A stretch of DNA of 38,743 nucleotides from an uncultured Gammaproteobacteria bacterium (GTDB lineage: Bacteria; Patescibacteriota; Patescibacteriia; UBA2196): contig CAZAVD010000004.1 of the NCBI GenBank assembly GCA_964488715.1, forward strand, positions 1 through 38,743, in the 5' to 3' direction. Numbering within the stretch: position 1 is the stretch's first letter; each line of letters begins with the position of its first letter. Below the pieces are notes generated by a model that saw only the letters and a list, made by a program, of their open reading frames with translations, did no database searches and was not told where the DNA came from. Shown here piece after piece: positions 1 to 8,228 of the stretch. Made by a program: the position numbers and the translations under genes.

Positions 1-57
1 TGAACTTCTCGCTATCGCTCGACCACGCTGCGCTCTCCTCCTTTCAGTCGTCGGGTC

Positions 58-171
58 GTCTAACAGCGATTAAGAGGAAAATCCTTGCAGGATTTTACCC
101 AAATTGAATTTTTGGAGGTCGCTAACGCTCCACTCTCAAAAATCCAACTTCTCTTAATCGCGATGTTATGT
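58..171. mobile_element. attC-like (integron cassette-type) recombination hairpin
   Basis: GTCTAAC (RYYYAAC) at 58-64 and GTTATGT (GTTRRRY-like) at 165-171. Stem TAACA-GCGATTAAGAG (61-76) pairs with CTCTTAATCGC-ga-TGTTA (151-168), leaving 2 extrahelical bases. Two internal hairpins at 78-96 and 104-147. Confidence 0.6.
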
Positions 172-175
172 GAAA

Positions 176-651
176 TAATTTTTAGCGACCCCATAGAATA
201 ATTTATAAAATCTAAGCGATAAATATCCATTATGAGAGAAACTTCTGCATTTGAAAAGTTGGCAACTTCCGCATTAAATGTTTTCTTTGTTTTAATCATA
301 TTCTTACCATTGTACTTTTTAGTTGATGATATTTTTACAAAGAAACTCATATTGATAGGAATATTTTTTGGTTACAACATTATATTTCTCTTATTCAATC
401 AAAATAGATGTTTAGGAATGATGATTATGAAAACCAAATATGCCAAAAAATATTCAAAGTCACAACATTTCATTTGTTCAGTTTTATATACACTAAGTTT
501 CTCAACTTTATTATTTTGGATATTCTTTCCATTTGATTTATTCTTGTTCAATATGTTGCTGATTCAGTTACCAATAGTAATTCTCAAGAAAACAACATTA
601 CATGGATATTTATCTGGAAATATCACAACAGTGACGGGTCGCTAAAAATTA
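176..651. repeat. 16-bp perfect inverted repeats bracketing the RDD-like gene (cassette boundaries)
   Basis: TAATTTTTAGCGACCC (176-191) and GGGTCGCTAAAAATTA (636-651) are exact reverse complements. Confidence 0.85.
232..645 (+). CDS. Small integral membrane protein, RDD-family-like (cassette gene)
   Basis: 137 aa with 3-4 hydrophobic segments. N-terminal 'TSAFEKLATSALN', central 'CLGMMIMKTK' and C-terminal 'TLHGYLSG' resemble degenerate RDD motifs. Confidence 0.6.
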   Translation: MRETSAFEKLATSALNVFFVLIIFLPLYFLVDDIFTKKLILIGIFFGYNIIFLLFNQNRCLGMMIMKTKYAKKYSKSQHFICSVLYTLSFSTLLFWIFFPFDLFLFNMLLIQLPIVILKKTTLHGYLSGNITTVTGR

Positions 652-1537
652 CTTGCTCCGTTTCACTCTGAAAACTTCTTTTATCCCAGATATTATCAAA
701 ATTTTCTTTAATCACAACACACTCAAATCTCTCTAAAATATATTTTAATTTTTTCCAAGTTTTTTTAGTATTATAATATTTAATAATTTTTTTTAACCTA
801 GGCATTTTAATGTCTGGTTTTTTTTGTAAATCGTATGGATGAAAGTGGAGACAAGCTGATTCAGTTTTTAATTTGTTTTTTAATAAAATTTTATAAATCC
901 ACCACGGAATAATACGAATATAAATTCCTCCAGTTAAAGGCAGTTTAAATCTGCCATAATGATAGACAGAAAGAGGAAATTCCACTAAATTATTATAAAT
1001 TTTATATGGAATAAATTTATCACTTTCTACGCCATATGAACTATTTTTATAAATTTTTTTAATTATTTTAGGAAATTGATAGGGAAATATGGAAGAGTCG
1101 TATTTAATATTGTTTTTTTCTAAAATTTTTAAAGCCCATTTTGTTTTATTATTTAAAGAAAAATTTGGCGCCCGATATCCAATTGGTTGTTTATTAATAA
1201 TTTGAAATATTTTATTTTTTAATATTTTAATATCATTATCAAGTTTTTCAGGAGTAATTTTATATAATGGCTTGTGATCCAAAGTATGAATTGCAATTTC
1301 ATGTCCAGCTTTATTTATTTTTTTAATTAATTCAGGTTCTTTATCTAAAACCTTACCACTTACAAAAAAAGTTGCTTTAGCATTGTATTTGTTTAATAAA
1401 TTTAAAAATTTATGTGTAAAATCAGACAATGAGTCTTTTTCATTGCCTGTTAAATATGACCAAATTGAAGGTGATTCATACCAATATTCAAAGTCTATTG
1501 TTAGAAAAATTTTATTTTTATTATTTTTCACAAACAT
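623..1537 (-). CDS. Polysaccharide deacetylase (CE4/NodB; DUF3473-associated type)
   Basis: Motifs LTIDFEYW, KATFFVSG, GHEIAIHTLDH, GYRAPNFS, YDSS and HFHPYDL. ATG at 1537, overlapping the upstream gene, is preferred over GTG at 1561. Confidence 0.88.
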   Translation of the reverse strand: MFVKNNKNKIFLTIDFEYWYESPSIWSYLTGNEKDSLSDFTHKFLNLLNKYNAKATFFVSGKVLDKEPELIKKINKAGHEIAIHTLDHKPLYKITPEKLDNDIKILKNKIFQIINKQPIGYRAPNFSLNNKTKWALKILEKNNIKYDSSIFPYQFPKIIKKIYKNSSYGVESDKFIPYKIYNNLVEFPLSVYHYGRFKLPLTGGIYIRIIPWWIYKILLKNKLKTESACLHFHPYDLQKKPDIKMPRLKKIIKYYNTKKTWKKLKYILERFECVVIKENFDNIWDKRSFQSETEQVIFSDPSLL

Positions 1538-2240
1538 AAAATTGCCTAATACTAAATTCACTTATAAATCTAAATATTTTTTGTAATTTATTTATTATTT
1601 TTTCCACAAAATTTTGTAAAAATTTTGGACCTAATGGAAACAAAAAATCTGCTTTATGTAAAATCAATTTAAACCCAGAATCTGAAATTATTTTTTTCAC
1701 AGTTTTAGAAGCTAAAAATTTATGTGGGCCTTCACCGTGATTTGTAAATAAAAAATTATATATTTTTAAAAAAGGCTCAGCAGTTGATGGAGGCAAGCTC
1801 ATTACTAATCTAGATCCAGGTTTTAATACTCTATAAAATTCATTAACTAATTTTTGTGGATTTGGAGTATGCTCTAAAGTTTCTAAAGATAAAATTGCAT
1901 CAAAATGATTATCAGAAAAATTTAAATTTTCTAAATCAGTTAAATCAAATTTAGCATCTGGGAATTTCTTTCTAGCTTTTTCTATAAATTTAGGTGAAAC
2001 TTCTAAATTATAAATATCTAAATTTTTATTTTCTTTATTTAAAAATTTAATAGCATTACCAGTGCGTGACCAAATATTTAAAATTTTATTATTAGATTTT
2101 AAATTTAAATATTTAATACTTTCTAGATATCGTTGATAATGAGCATCGCCAATATTATTATTAATATCATCATATTCATCTACAGCACTATCCCAAAAAT
2201 TTGATATTTCCTGAATTGTAAAGTTATTATTGATTTTCAT
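1521..2240 (-). CDS. Class I SAM-dependent methyltransferase (Methyltransf_11-like)
   Basis: FWDSAVDEYD N-terminus, LEVSP, FSDNHFDAILSLETLEH and EFYRVLKPG. Motif I is atypical (LNIWSRTG). Confidence 0.8.
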   Translation of the reverse strand: MKINNNFTIQEISNFWDSAVDEYDDINNNIGDAHYQRYLESIKYLNLKSNNKILNIWSRTGNAIKFLNKENKNLDIYNLEVSPKFIEKARKKFPDAKFDLTDLENLNFSDNHFDAILSLETLEHTPNPQKLVNEFYRVLKPGSRLVMSLPPSTAEPFLKIYNFLFTNHGEGPHKFLASKTVKKIISDSGFKLILHKADFLFPLGPKFLQNFVEKIINKLQKIFRFISEFSIRQFYVCEK

Positions 2241-2896
2241 TAATTTTTAAATTTCTTAACAAATTTTTTATCTAATAATTTATTTAAAATTTTTTTCTTA
2301 ATAATATTTGGCACTAAATAATAAATTTTAATTAAAATTCTTTTTAACCAAATAACACTTATATTTATTTTTTCAACAGGCCAATCTGGATTAAATTGAT
2401 TATAATTTATTATTTCAGATAAATTATATTTTCTTGACATATTTTGTAATTCATTTTTTGCATAACCAACTAAAACATAAGAAATAGGGGAGAAGTATTT
2501 TGGAATATTAAAAATTTTTCTTATATCTTTTTTCTTTGGCAAATGACATACCCAACAAGTTCCTAATCCTAAATCAACAGCAGTTAAATTTAAATTTTGA
2601 ATTGCTGCTGCTGCGCTTTGAATATAATCATAATAATCTAAATCTTGCGTGCGATTATCATATAAAACTAAAATCCCAACTGGCGCATTTTTAATTACAA
2701 TAGAACCACCTTGATCAACTAATTTATTTTTTAAATCATCTTTATCAACAACAATAAATTTCCAGCCTTGAATATTACAAGCTGAAGGCGCATAAGTAGC
2801 AGAAGAAATTAATTTTTCAATTAATTCTTTTTCAACAGGTTTATCTTGAAAATTTCTAATACTGCGTCTGGATTTTATTGCATTTTGTAGTTCCAT
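2240..2896 (-). CDS. Nitroreductase family flavoprotein with C-terminal extension
   Basis: RRSIRNF, APSACNIQGWKF and AAAIQNLNLTAVDLGLGTCWV motifs. Confidence 0.92.
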   Translation of the reverse strand: MELQNAIKSRRSIRNFQDKPVEKELIEKLISSATYAPSACNIQGWKFIVVDKDDLKNKLVDQGGSIVIKNAPVGILVLYDNRTQDLDYYDYIQSAAAAIQNLNLTAVDLGLGTCWVCHLPKKKDIRKIFNIPKYFSPISYVLVGYAKNELQNMSRKYNLSEIINYNQFNPDWPVEKINISVIWLKRILIKIYYLVPNIIKKKILNKLLDKKFVKKFKN

Positions 2897-2910
2897 AAAA
2901 ATAACTAGAA

Positions 2911-3801
2911 TTAACTTGATTTTTTATTTATCTCTCTTCTTAAAGCAGCAATTTGATCAGCCATTAAACCAAAAAAGAAAATTAAAATTGAAGTTATTAA
3001 AATAAAAATTGTGCCTTCTGAAATATTTAACAAAGTTAAATCATAAATTAAAAAACCAAAACCAATTAAAAACAAAATTAAACTAATTGGAAAGAAAATT
3101 CTTAGCGGTGAAAAAAGCATAATTAAGCGTAAAATCAACATAAAATAAGTAACTGCATCTTTAAAATTAACTTTGCTCTTTCCGCCATCGCGTTTATTAA
3201 TTTTTACAGTCACAAATTTAACATTTAATTTTTCTTTAAGAAAAGCAAAAATACTTGTAGTTGAACAAGAAAATCCATCTGGATATAAATGCGCAAATCG
3301 CAAAAATTCATTGCGTTTAATTAATCTCAAACCACAATTAAAGTCTTTGACTTTTTTTCCTAATAAATATCTTGCCAACCAATGAATAACTTTTTTACCT
3401 GGCTGACGGATCCAAGGCCCTTGATAACCAACTCGTTCACCAGAAATTAAATCATAATTATCTGTATATTTTAACAAATCACTAATATAATCTACATTAT
3501 GTTGACCATCAGCATCAAATGTTAGAATCCAATCATATCTTGCAGATCGCGCTCCAGTTTTTAAAGACGCCCCATAACCCTTATTGTATGGGTGATTAAT
3601 AATTTTAATCCCGAATAGCTGAGGATTACTAATAATTTTTTTAGTGTTATCTGTTGATGCATCATTAACTACAATAATTTCAAAACTTTCTAAATCTAAA
3701 CTAGATAATTTATTTTTTAAATCACTTATAACCTGTTGAATATTATATTCTTCATTATATGAAGGAATTATGATTGAGATATTTTTTGTATTATTATTCA
3801 T
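2911..3801 (-). CDS. GT2 glycosyltransferase (DPM/GtrB-like) with two C-terminal TM helices
   Basis: ISIIIPSYNEE, IVVNDASTD, NKGYGASLKTG, FDADGQH and DFNCGLR motifs; hydrophobic C-terminus. Confidence 0.92.
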   Translation of the reverse strand: MNNNTKNISIIIPSYNEEYNIQQVISDLKNKLSSLDLESFEIIVVNDASTDNTKKIISNPQLFGIKIINHPYNKGYGASLKTGARSARYDWILTFDADGQHNVDYISDLLKYTDNYDLISGERVGYQGPWIRQPGKKVIHWLARYLLGKKVKDFNCGLRLIKRNEFLRFAHLYPDGFSCSTTSIFAFLKEKLNVKFVTVKINKRDGGKSKVNFKDAVTYFMLILRLIMLFSPLRIFFPISLILFLIGFGFLIYDLTLLNISEGTIFILITSILIFFFGLMADQIAALRREINKKSS

Positions 3802-3808
3802 AACTTAA

Positions 3809-3837
3809 TTTATATCATTTTAAATCCAAATTAGCAA
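3809..3837 (-). promoter_or_regulatory. Sigma70-type promoter of the GT2 operon (probably leaderless)
   Basis: Minus strand reads TTGCTA-17-TATAAA with TG extension, 7 nt before the ATG at 3801. Confidence 0.55.
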
Positions 3838-3841
3838 GAAA

Positions 3842-3889
3842 TTATTTTTAATCATTATGACGCGATCGCGTCATAATGATTAAAAATAA
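3842..3889. repeat. 48-bp perfect palindrome, copy 1 of the TTTTTAATCATTATG-N12-CATAATGATTAAAAA family
   Basis: TTATTTTTAATCATTATGACGCGA|TCGCGTCATAATGATTAAAAATAA, with no loop. Confidence 0.95.
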
Positions 3890-3920
3890 AAATCCCTATT
3901 GCTTTTAAACAACAGGGAAT
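3886..3920 (-). terminator. Rho-independent terminator of the 3937-4440 gene
   Basis: Minus strand TCCCTGTTG...CAATAGGGA hairpin followed by a T-tract. Confidence 0.55.
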
Positions 3921-3936
3921 GTCTCTTTTTAATTTG

Positions 3937-4440
3937 CTAAAACCAAATTTTATTTAAATCTGGGGCATTAAAACAAAATTTATGAAATAATTTTGACTTA
4001 TTCCATAAAAAAATATGAACACTGGTTTGAGCTGGATTATTTTTAGGAAAAACCTGATTTTCGCAATCTAGAACATCAATTATAAAATGTGTCCAGTATG
4101 ATGCTAAAATAATATAGCCAACACTTTGCTTGCATACAAGGATTAAATACCATGTAGCTAAATTTATCAGCAAACACGCTTCCCAAGTATGCATATAATT
4201 TACTCTTTCAGGTGTTGGATCGCCGAGAGTAAATTTTTTATTTTTTAATGCTTGCCAAAATTGTTTTAATCTTGGTTTATTTATTAAATAATGATCTGCA
4301 TCAATAAAAAAACCAAACAACATTGATAAACAAAATCCAATAATTCCTGTCCAATTTGGATTAATTATAAAATAAATTAATCCGTATAAAAAGGAAAAGC
4401 TTAAGTGAGCACCTAAATGCAAAATTAAAGTTTTCTTCAA
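3937..4440 (-). CDS. Membrane-bound metal-dependent hydrolase-like protein (YdjM/LexA-binding family-like)
   Basis: TM segments with H..H, IDADH, MHTWE and HFIIDVLD putative metal ligands. TTG start with GGAGG SD and an upstream TTGACA-17-TAATTT promoter. Confidence 0.6.
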   Translation of the reverse strand: MKKTLILHLGAHLSFSFLYGLIYFIINPNWTGIIGFCLSMLFGFFIDADHYLINKPRLKQFWQALKNKKFTLGDPTPERVNYMHTWEACLLINLATWYLILVCKQSVGYIILASYWTHFIIDVLDCENQVFPKNNPAQTSVHIFLWNKSKLFHKFCFNAPDLNKIWF

Positions 4441-4530
4441 TTTCTAATCCTCCAAAATTTAAGTTATCAATTATCTAATTAATTAAAATAAAATTAGCAT
4501 AGTTTTAAAAATATGTCAATTACTTGTTCA

Positions 4531-5910
4531 TCACTGTCCACCAGCGGAAAGGACGGTTTTAATAGTTTTTAAAACTATTGATAAATCTAAAATAAATGAG
4601 CGGTTTTTAATATAATATAAATCATACTGCAATTTATCTAAGGCATCCTTTTCTGAAGCACCATAAGGAAAGTTAATTTGCGCCCAACCAGTTAAACCAG
4701 GTTTAACTAATAATCGTTCATTATAATATGGAATTTTCTTTTCTAATTTTTCAATAAATTCTGGGCGTTCAGGACGCGGACCAATAAAACTCATTTCACC
4801 GCGCAAAACATTAATTAATTGTGGAATTTCATCAATACGCATTTTACGCATTATTCGTCCACTTCGTGTTACTCTTGGATCATTTTTAACTGCCCATTGC
4901 GGTCCATTATGTTCAGCATTTTTACTCATTGTTCTAATTTTAACTGCCATAAACTTTCTATTAGATTTGCCTGTTCGTTGTTGCATAAACAAAAACGGGC
5001 CAGGACTGTTTAATTTAACAGCAGCATAAATGAATGGTAAAAACAATAAAGAAAAAGATAAAATAATTATAGATAAAAGAATGTCAACTACGCGTTTTAT
5101 AATCTCAAAAATTACTTTTTGGCTTTCTTTAAGATTTTCTAAAAACCAAATCTGTCCAATTGTATTAACAGGAATCCTTCCTGTAAATTTTTCTACAAAA
5201 CTAGGTAAATCCCAAAATGAAATTTTTAGTGGAACACACTCATATAATTTATTAACTAAATCAAGATTTTGATGTGCATTTAATGCATTAACAATACTTT
5301 TAATTTTTTTAATTTTAACAAGACCTGCAAATGAATGCGGGGGATTAAGAATTTCTATATTATTTATCTTATTATTATGAATATCTTTTTGTTCTGCATT
5401 TACAATTCCAACTACCTTAAATCCTAATTGCGGTTTAGAATTAATTTCTTGCGCTAACTCTAAAGTTAATTCATTTAAACCAATAATCAATACATTATTT
5501 TGCCATGGCTTTATCTTAACTAATGAATTAAAAATTTGACGCCATGCAACAAAAAGAATAATTAAAATCATTAATTCTAATAATAAATTAGTTTTTGGAG
5601 CAATGCCTGGTTTTAAAATATAAAAATATGCCATAGCAATTCCAGCGCACCACGCCAATGCTTTAAATAAAGTAGAATAAAAAATAATATTATTTTTTGC
5701 CATTTGCAAACTATAAATTCCAGAAATATAAAAAACAATTAACCAAGTTGCAAAAATTAAACTAAATGGCAAAAAATGCTGTTCCCATCTTTCTGGACTT
5801 ACTGATTGTTGATAACGAATCAGTAAAGTCAGCCACAATGAAAGATAGAGAATTCCAACATCTCCAATAAATAAAATAAGATATTTAATTTTCTGTAAAA
5901 AATCATTCAT
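4531..5910 (-). CDS. Polyprenyl-phosphate glycosylphosphotransferase (WcaJ/WbaP family sugar transferase)
   Basis: N-terminal TMs, CoA-binding-like middle region, and a C-terminal Bac_transf domain (KRVVDI, DPRVTR, RIDEIPQLINVLRGEMSFIGPRPERP, VKPGLTGWAQI, DLYYIKN). Confidence 0.95.
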   Translation of the reverse strand: MNDFLQKIKYLILFIGDVGILYLSLWLTLLIRYQQSVSPERWEQHFLPFSLIFATWLIVFYISGIYSLQMAKNNIIFYSTLFKALAWCAGIAMAYFYILKPGIAPKTNLLLELMILIILFVAWRQIFNSLVKIKPWQNNVLIIGLNELTLELAQEINSKPQLGFKVVGIVNAEQKDIHNNKINNIEILNPPHSFAGLVKIKKIKSIVNALNAHQNLDLVNKLYECVPLKISFWDLPSFVEKFTGRIPVNTIGQIWFLENLKESQKVIFEIIKRVVDILLSIIILSFSLLFLPFIYAAVKLNSPGPFLFMQQRTGKSNRKFMAVKIRTMSKNAEHNGPQWAVKNDPRVTRSGRIMRKMRIDEIPQLINVLRGEMSFIGPRPERPEFIEKLEKKIPYYNERLLVKPGLTGWAQINFPYGASEKDALDKLQYDLYYIKNRSFILDLSIVLKTIKTVLSAGGQ

Positions 5911-6005
5911 AATAATTTTTAAATTTACATTAATTATACCTTTTTGTCAAGATTTAGACAAATTATAATTTTGCAAAAAATTATATTAAAATGTATAATA
6001 TATTT

Positions 6006-8225
6006 ATGCAAAATACAAAAATAACAAAATATTTAAACTGGGTTTTAAAAGGAGTTTTATATTTAGTTTTAATTACTCCGCTTTTAGTTAATTCTAGATT
6101 TGTTTTTCCTTTTATTACTTCAAAAACATTGTTTTTTAGACTTATTATTGAATTAGCAATAATTCTATATGCGGCATTGGCAATGATGGCTCCGAAATTC
6201 AGGCCAAAGATGACTAAACTGTCTTGGTTAATTGTAATTTTTGGAGGAATTATTTTGTTAACAGGAATTACAGGTGTTGATTTTTATAAATCATTTTGGG
6301 GCACAATTGAAAGAGGAGAAGGCTTTTTAACAATTTCACATTTAATTATTTATTTCTTAATTTTATCGTGGACATTTAAATCAAAACAAGAAATAATAAA
6401 TTATATTACTGGCGCAGTTATTATTGGTTTATTTGTTGATTTATATGCAATTTTACAACGCGCCCAAGTTGAAAATTTTTTCTTATTTGGACGGATAATT
6501 CATTCTGGTGAAGGTCGTTTGTCATCAACAATTGGAAATGCAGCATTTTTAGGCGCGTTTACTTTATCTCAATTTTTCTTAAGTTTATTATTATTTTTAA
6601 AAAGAAAACAATTATTCTGGAAAATTATTATGGCTTTAGCTGTAATAATTAATTTATATGTTTTATATCAAACACAAACTCGCGGATCAGCTATTGGATT
6701 GGCTGTTGTTGCATTTTTAACTAGCATTTTTTATTTTTTTAAAAGCCCTGATAAAATAAAAAAAATAATAGCTGCAACTATTTTGTTAATTATTATAATA
6801 TCTAGCAGTTTAATTTGGATTAAAAAAGATAGTTCTTTGGTTCAATCTAGTAAAATGTTGCGGAGATTAGTTAATATTTCAGCAACTGATGTTACAACTG
6901 AATCGCGAATCGCAGCATGGAAAACTTCTTGGAATGGATGGAAAGATCGTTTTGTATTTGGTTATGGCTGGGAAAATTATAATGTAGCTTTTAACAAATA
7001 TTTTCCTGCCATTATTTTTAGAGATGCTGGTTCACAATTGTGGTTTGATCGCGCTCATAACACAATTTTTGATGTTGCAGTTGCAACTGGGATAATTGGT
7101 CTAATTTGCTATTTAAGCATTTTTGGATTAGCTTTATATTATTTATATAAAAATATTAAATATGATTTTGATTTTTCAGCTATTTTAATGGCTTTATTAA
7201 TCGCGCACTTTGTTCAAAATATTTTTGTATTTGATGTGTTATCAACTTATATTATTCTATTTTTAGTTTTTGCAAGTGTTGTAATTAATAATATTAAAAA
7301 TAACACTCAAGAAACTGGGCAACAAAAGTCTGAATTTAATATTTTTATTTTTTCTATTGTTTTTATTTTAATAATATTTTGTAGTTATTTTTTTAATTTC
7401 AAACCTGCTAAAGCAAATATGACAGCAATCAAAGCATTAATTTCTGCAAGAATGGATCAAGAAAACAAATCAGTTGAAATCTTTCAAAAAGCTATTAATA
7501 TGAATACTTATCAATCACCTGAATTAAGAAAAAAACTTGGTGATAATATTTTAACTTATAATAAAACAAATAGTAAATTAAGCGCGACTGATGTTAAAAA
7601 TAATTTTGAAATTTGTATTCAAGAATTAAAAAATAATATTAATGAACATCCAAATGACGCTCAAGACTACATGTATTTGGCTGCGATTTATAACAGAGCA
7701 GCAATTTATAATGCAAATTATTTAGATAATGTAATTGAAACTTCTAAACAAGCTTTAAAATTATCACCAACTCGTCCGCAGATTTATTTTGAAATGGGAC
7801 AAGCTGAAGCAAATCGTAAAAATTTTGATAAAGCTATTGAATATTTTAAATTAGGAATAGAATTAAATCCAAAAACAGTTGAATCGCATTGGAATTTAAT
7901 GACAGCATATATTTTGTCTGGACAAACTGAAAATGCTGAAAAAGAAAAAGAATTTATTAAATCCAGAGGTCAAGATTTTGATGATATAAATAATTTAAAT
8001 CGTTTATATAGTATTTATTTATCAGTTGGGAATAAAAATAAATTAGTTGAAATTTTAGAAAAAGTTGTTATAATTCAACCAAGTGGACTTAGTTACGCGC
8101 GACTAGCAACTGTTTATAAAGAAGTTGGCAAATATGCTAAAGCTCTTGAAGCTGTAAAAAAAGCAGTTGAACTTGATCCATCTCTTACAAACGAAGCTAA
8201 TAAATTTATTGAGTTATTAAAATAA
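6006..8225 (+). CDS. O-antigen ligase / O-oligosaccharyltransferase-like membrane protein with C-terminal TPR repeats
   Basis: About 12 TMs, RLSSTIGNAAFLG, TQTRGS, GYGWENY and DRAHN (Wzy_C signature), followed by TPR helices. Start moved to 6006 because TTGCAA-17-TATAAT (5971-5999) overlaps the ATG at 5991. Confidence 0.88.
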   Translation: MQNTKITKYLNWVLKGVLYLVLITPLLVNSRFVFPFITSKTLFFRLIIELAIILYAALAMMAPKFRPKMTKLSWLIVIFGGIILLTGITGVDFYKSFWGTIERGEGFLTISHLIIYFLILSWTFKSKQEIINYITGAVIIGLFVDLYAILQRAQVENFFLFGRIIHSGEGRLSSTIGNAAFLGAFTLSQFFLSLLLFLKRKQLFWKIIMALAVIINLYVLYQTQTRGSAIGLAVVAFLTSIFYFFKSPDKIKKIIAATILLIIIISSSLIWIKKDSSLVQSSKMLRRLVNISATDVTTESRIAAWKTSWNGWKDRFVFGYGWENYNVAFNKYFPAIIFRDAGSQLWFDRAHNTIFDVAVATGIIGLICYLSIFGLALYYLYKNIKYDFDFSAILMALLIAHFVQNIFVFDVLSTYIILFLVFASVVINNIKNNTQETGQQKSEFNIFIFSIVFILIIFCSYFFNFKPAKANMTAIKALISARMDQENKSVEIFQKAINMNTYQSPELRKKLGDNILTYNKTNSKLSATDVKNNFEICIQELKNNINEHPNDAQDYMYLAAIYNRAAIYNANYLDNVIETSKQALKLSPTRPQIYFEMGQAEANRKNFDKAIEYFKLGIELNPKTVESHWNLMTAYILSGQTENAEKEKEFIKSRGQDFDDINNLNRLYSIYLSVGNKNKLVEILEKVVIIQPSGLSYARLATVYKEVGKYAKALEAVKKAVELDPSLTNEANKFIELLK

Positions 8226-8228
8226 AAA

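Noticed and set aside
1-60. GC-rich stretch as a possible tRNA or rRNA fragment
   Set aside because: No T-loop, anticodon arm or CCA pattern. It is more likely the truncated left part of the cassette-associated element and cannot be resolved at the window edge.
60-350. 96-aa minus-strand ORF
   Set aside because: It runs antisense to the RDD-like gene and through the attC-like hairpin, with no recognisable motifs.
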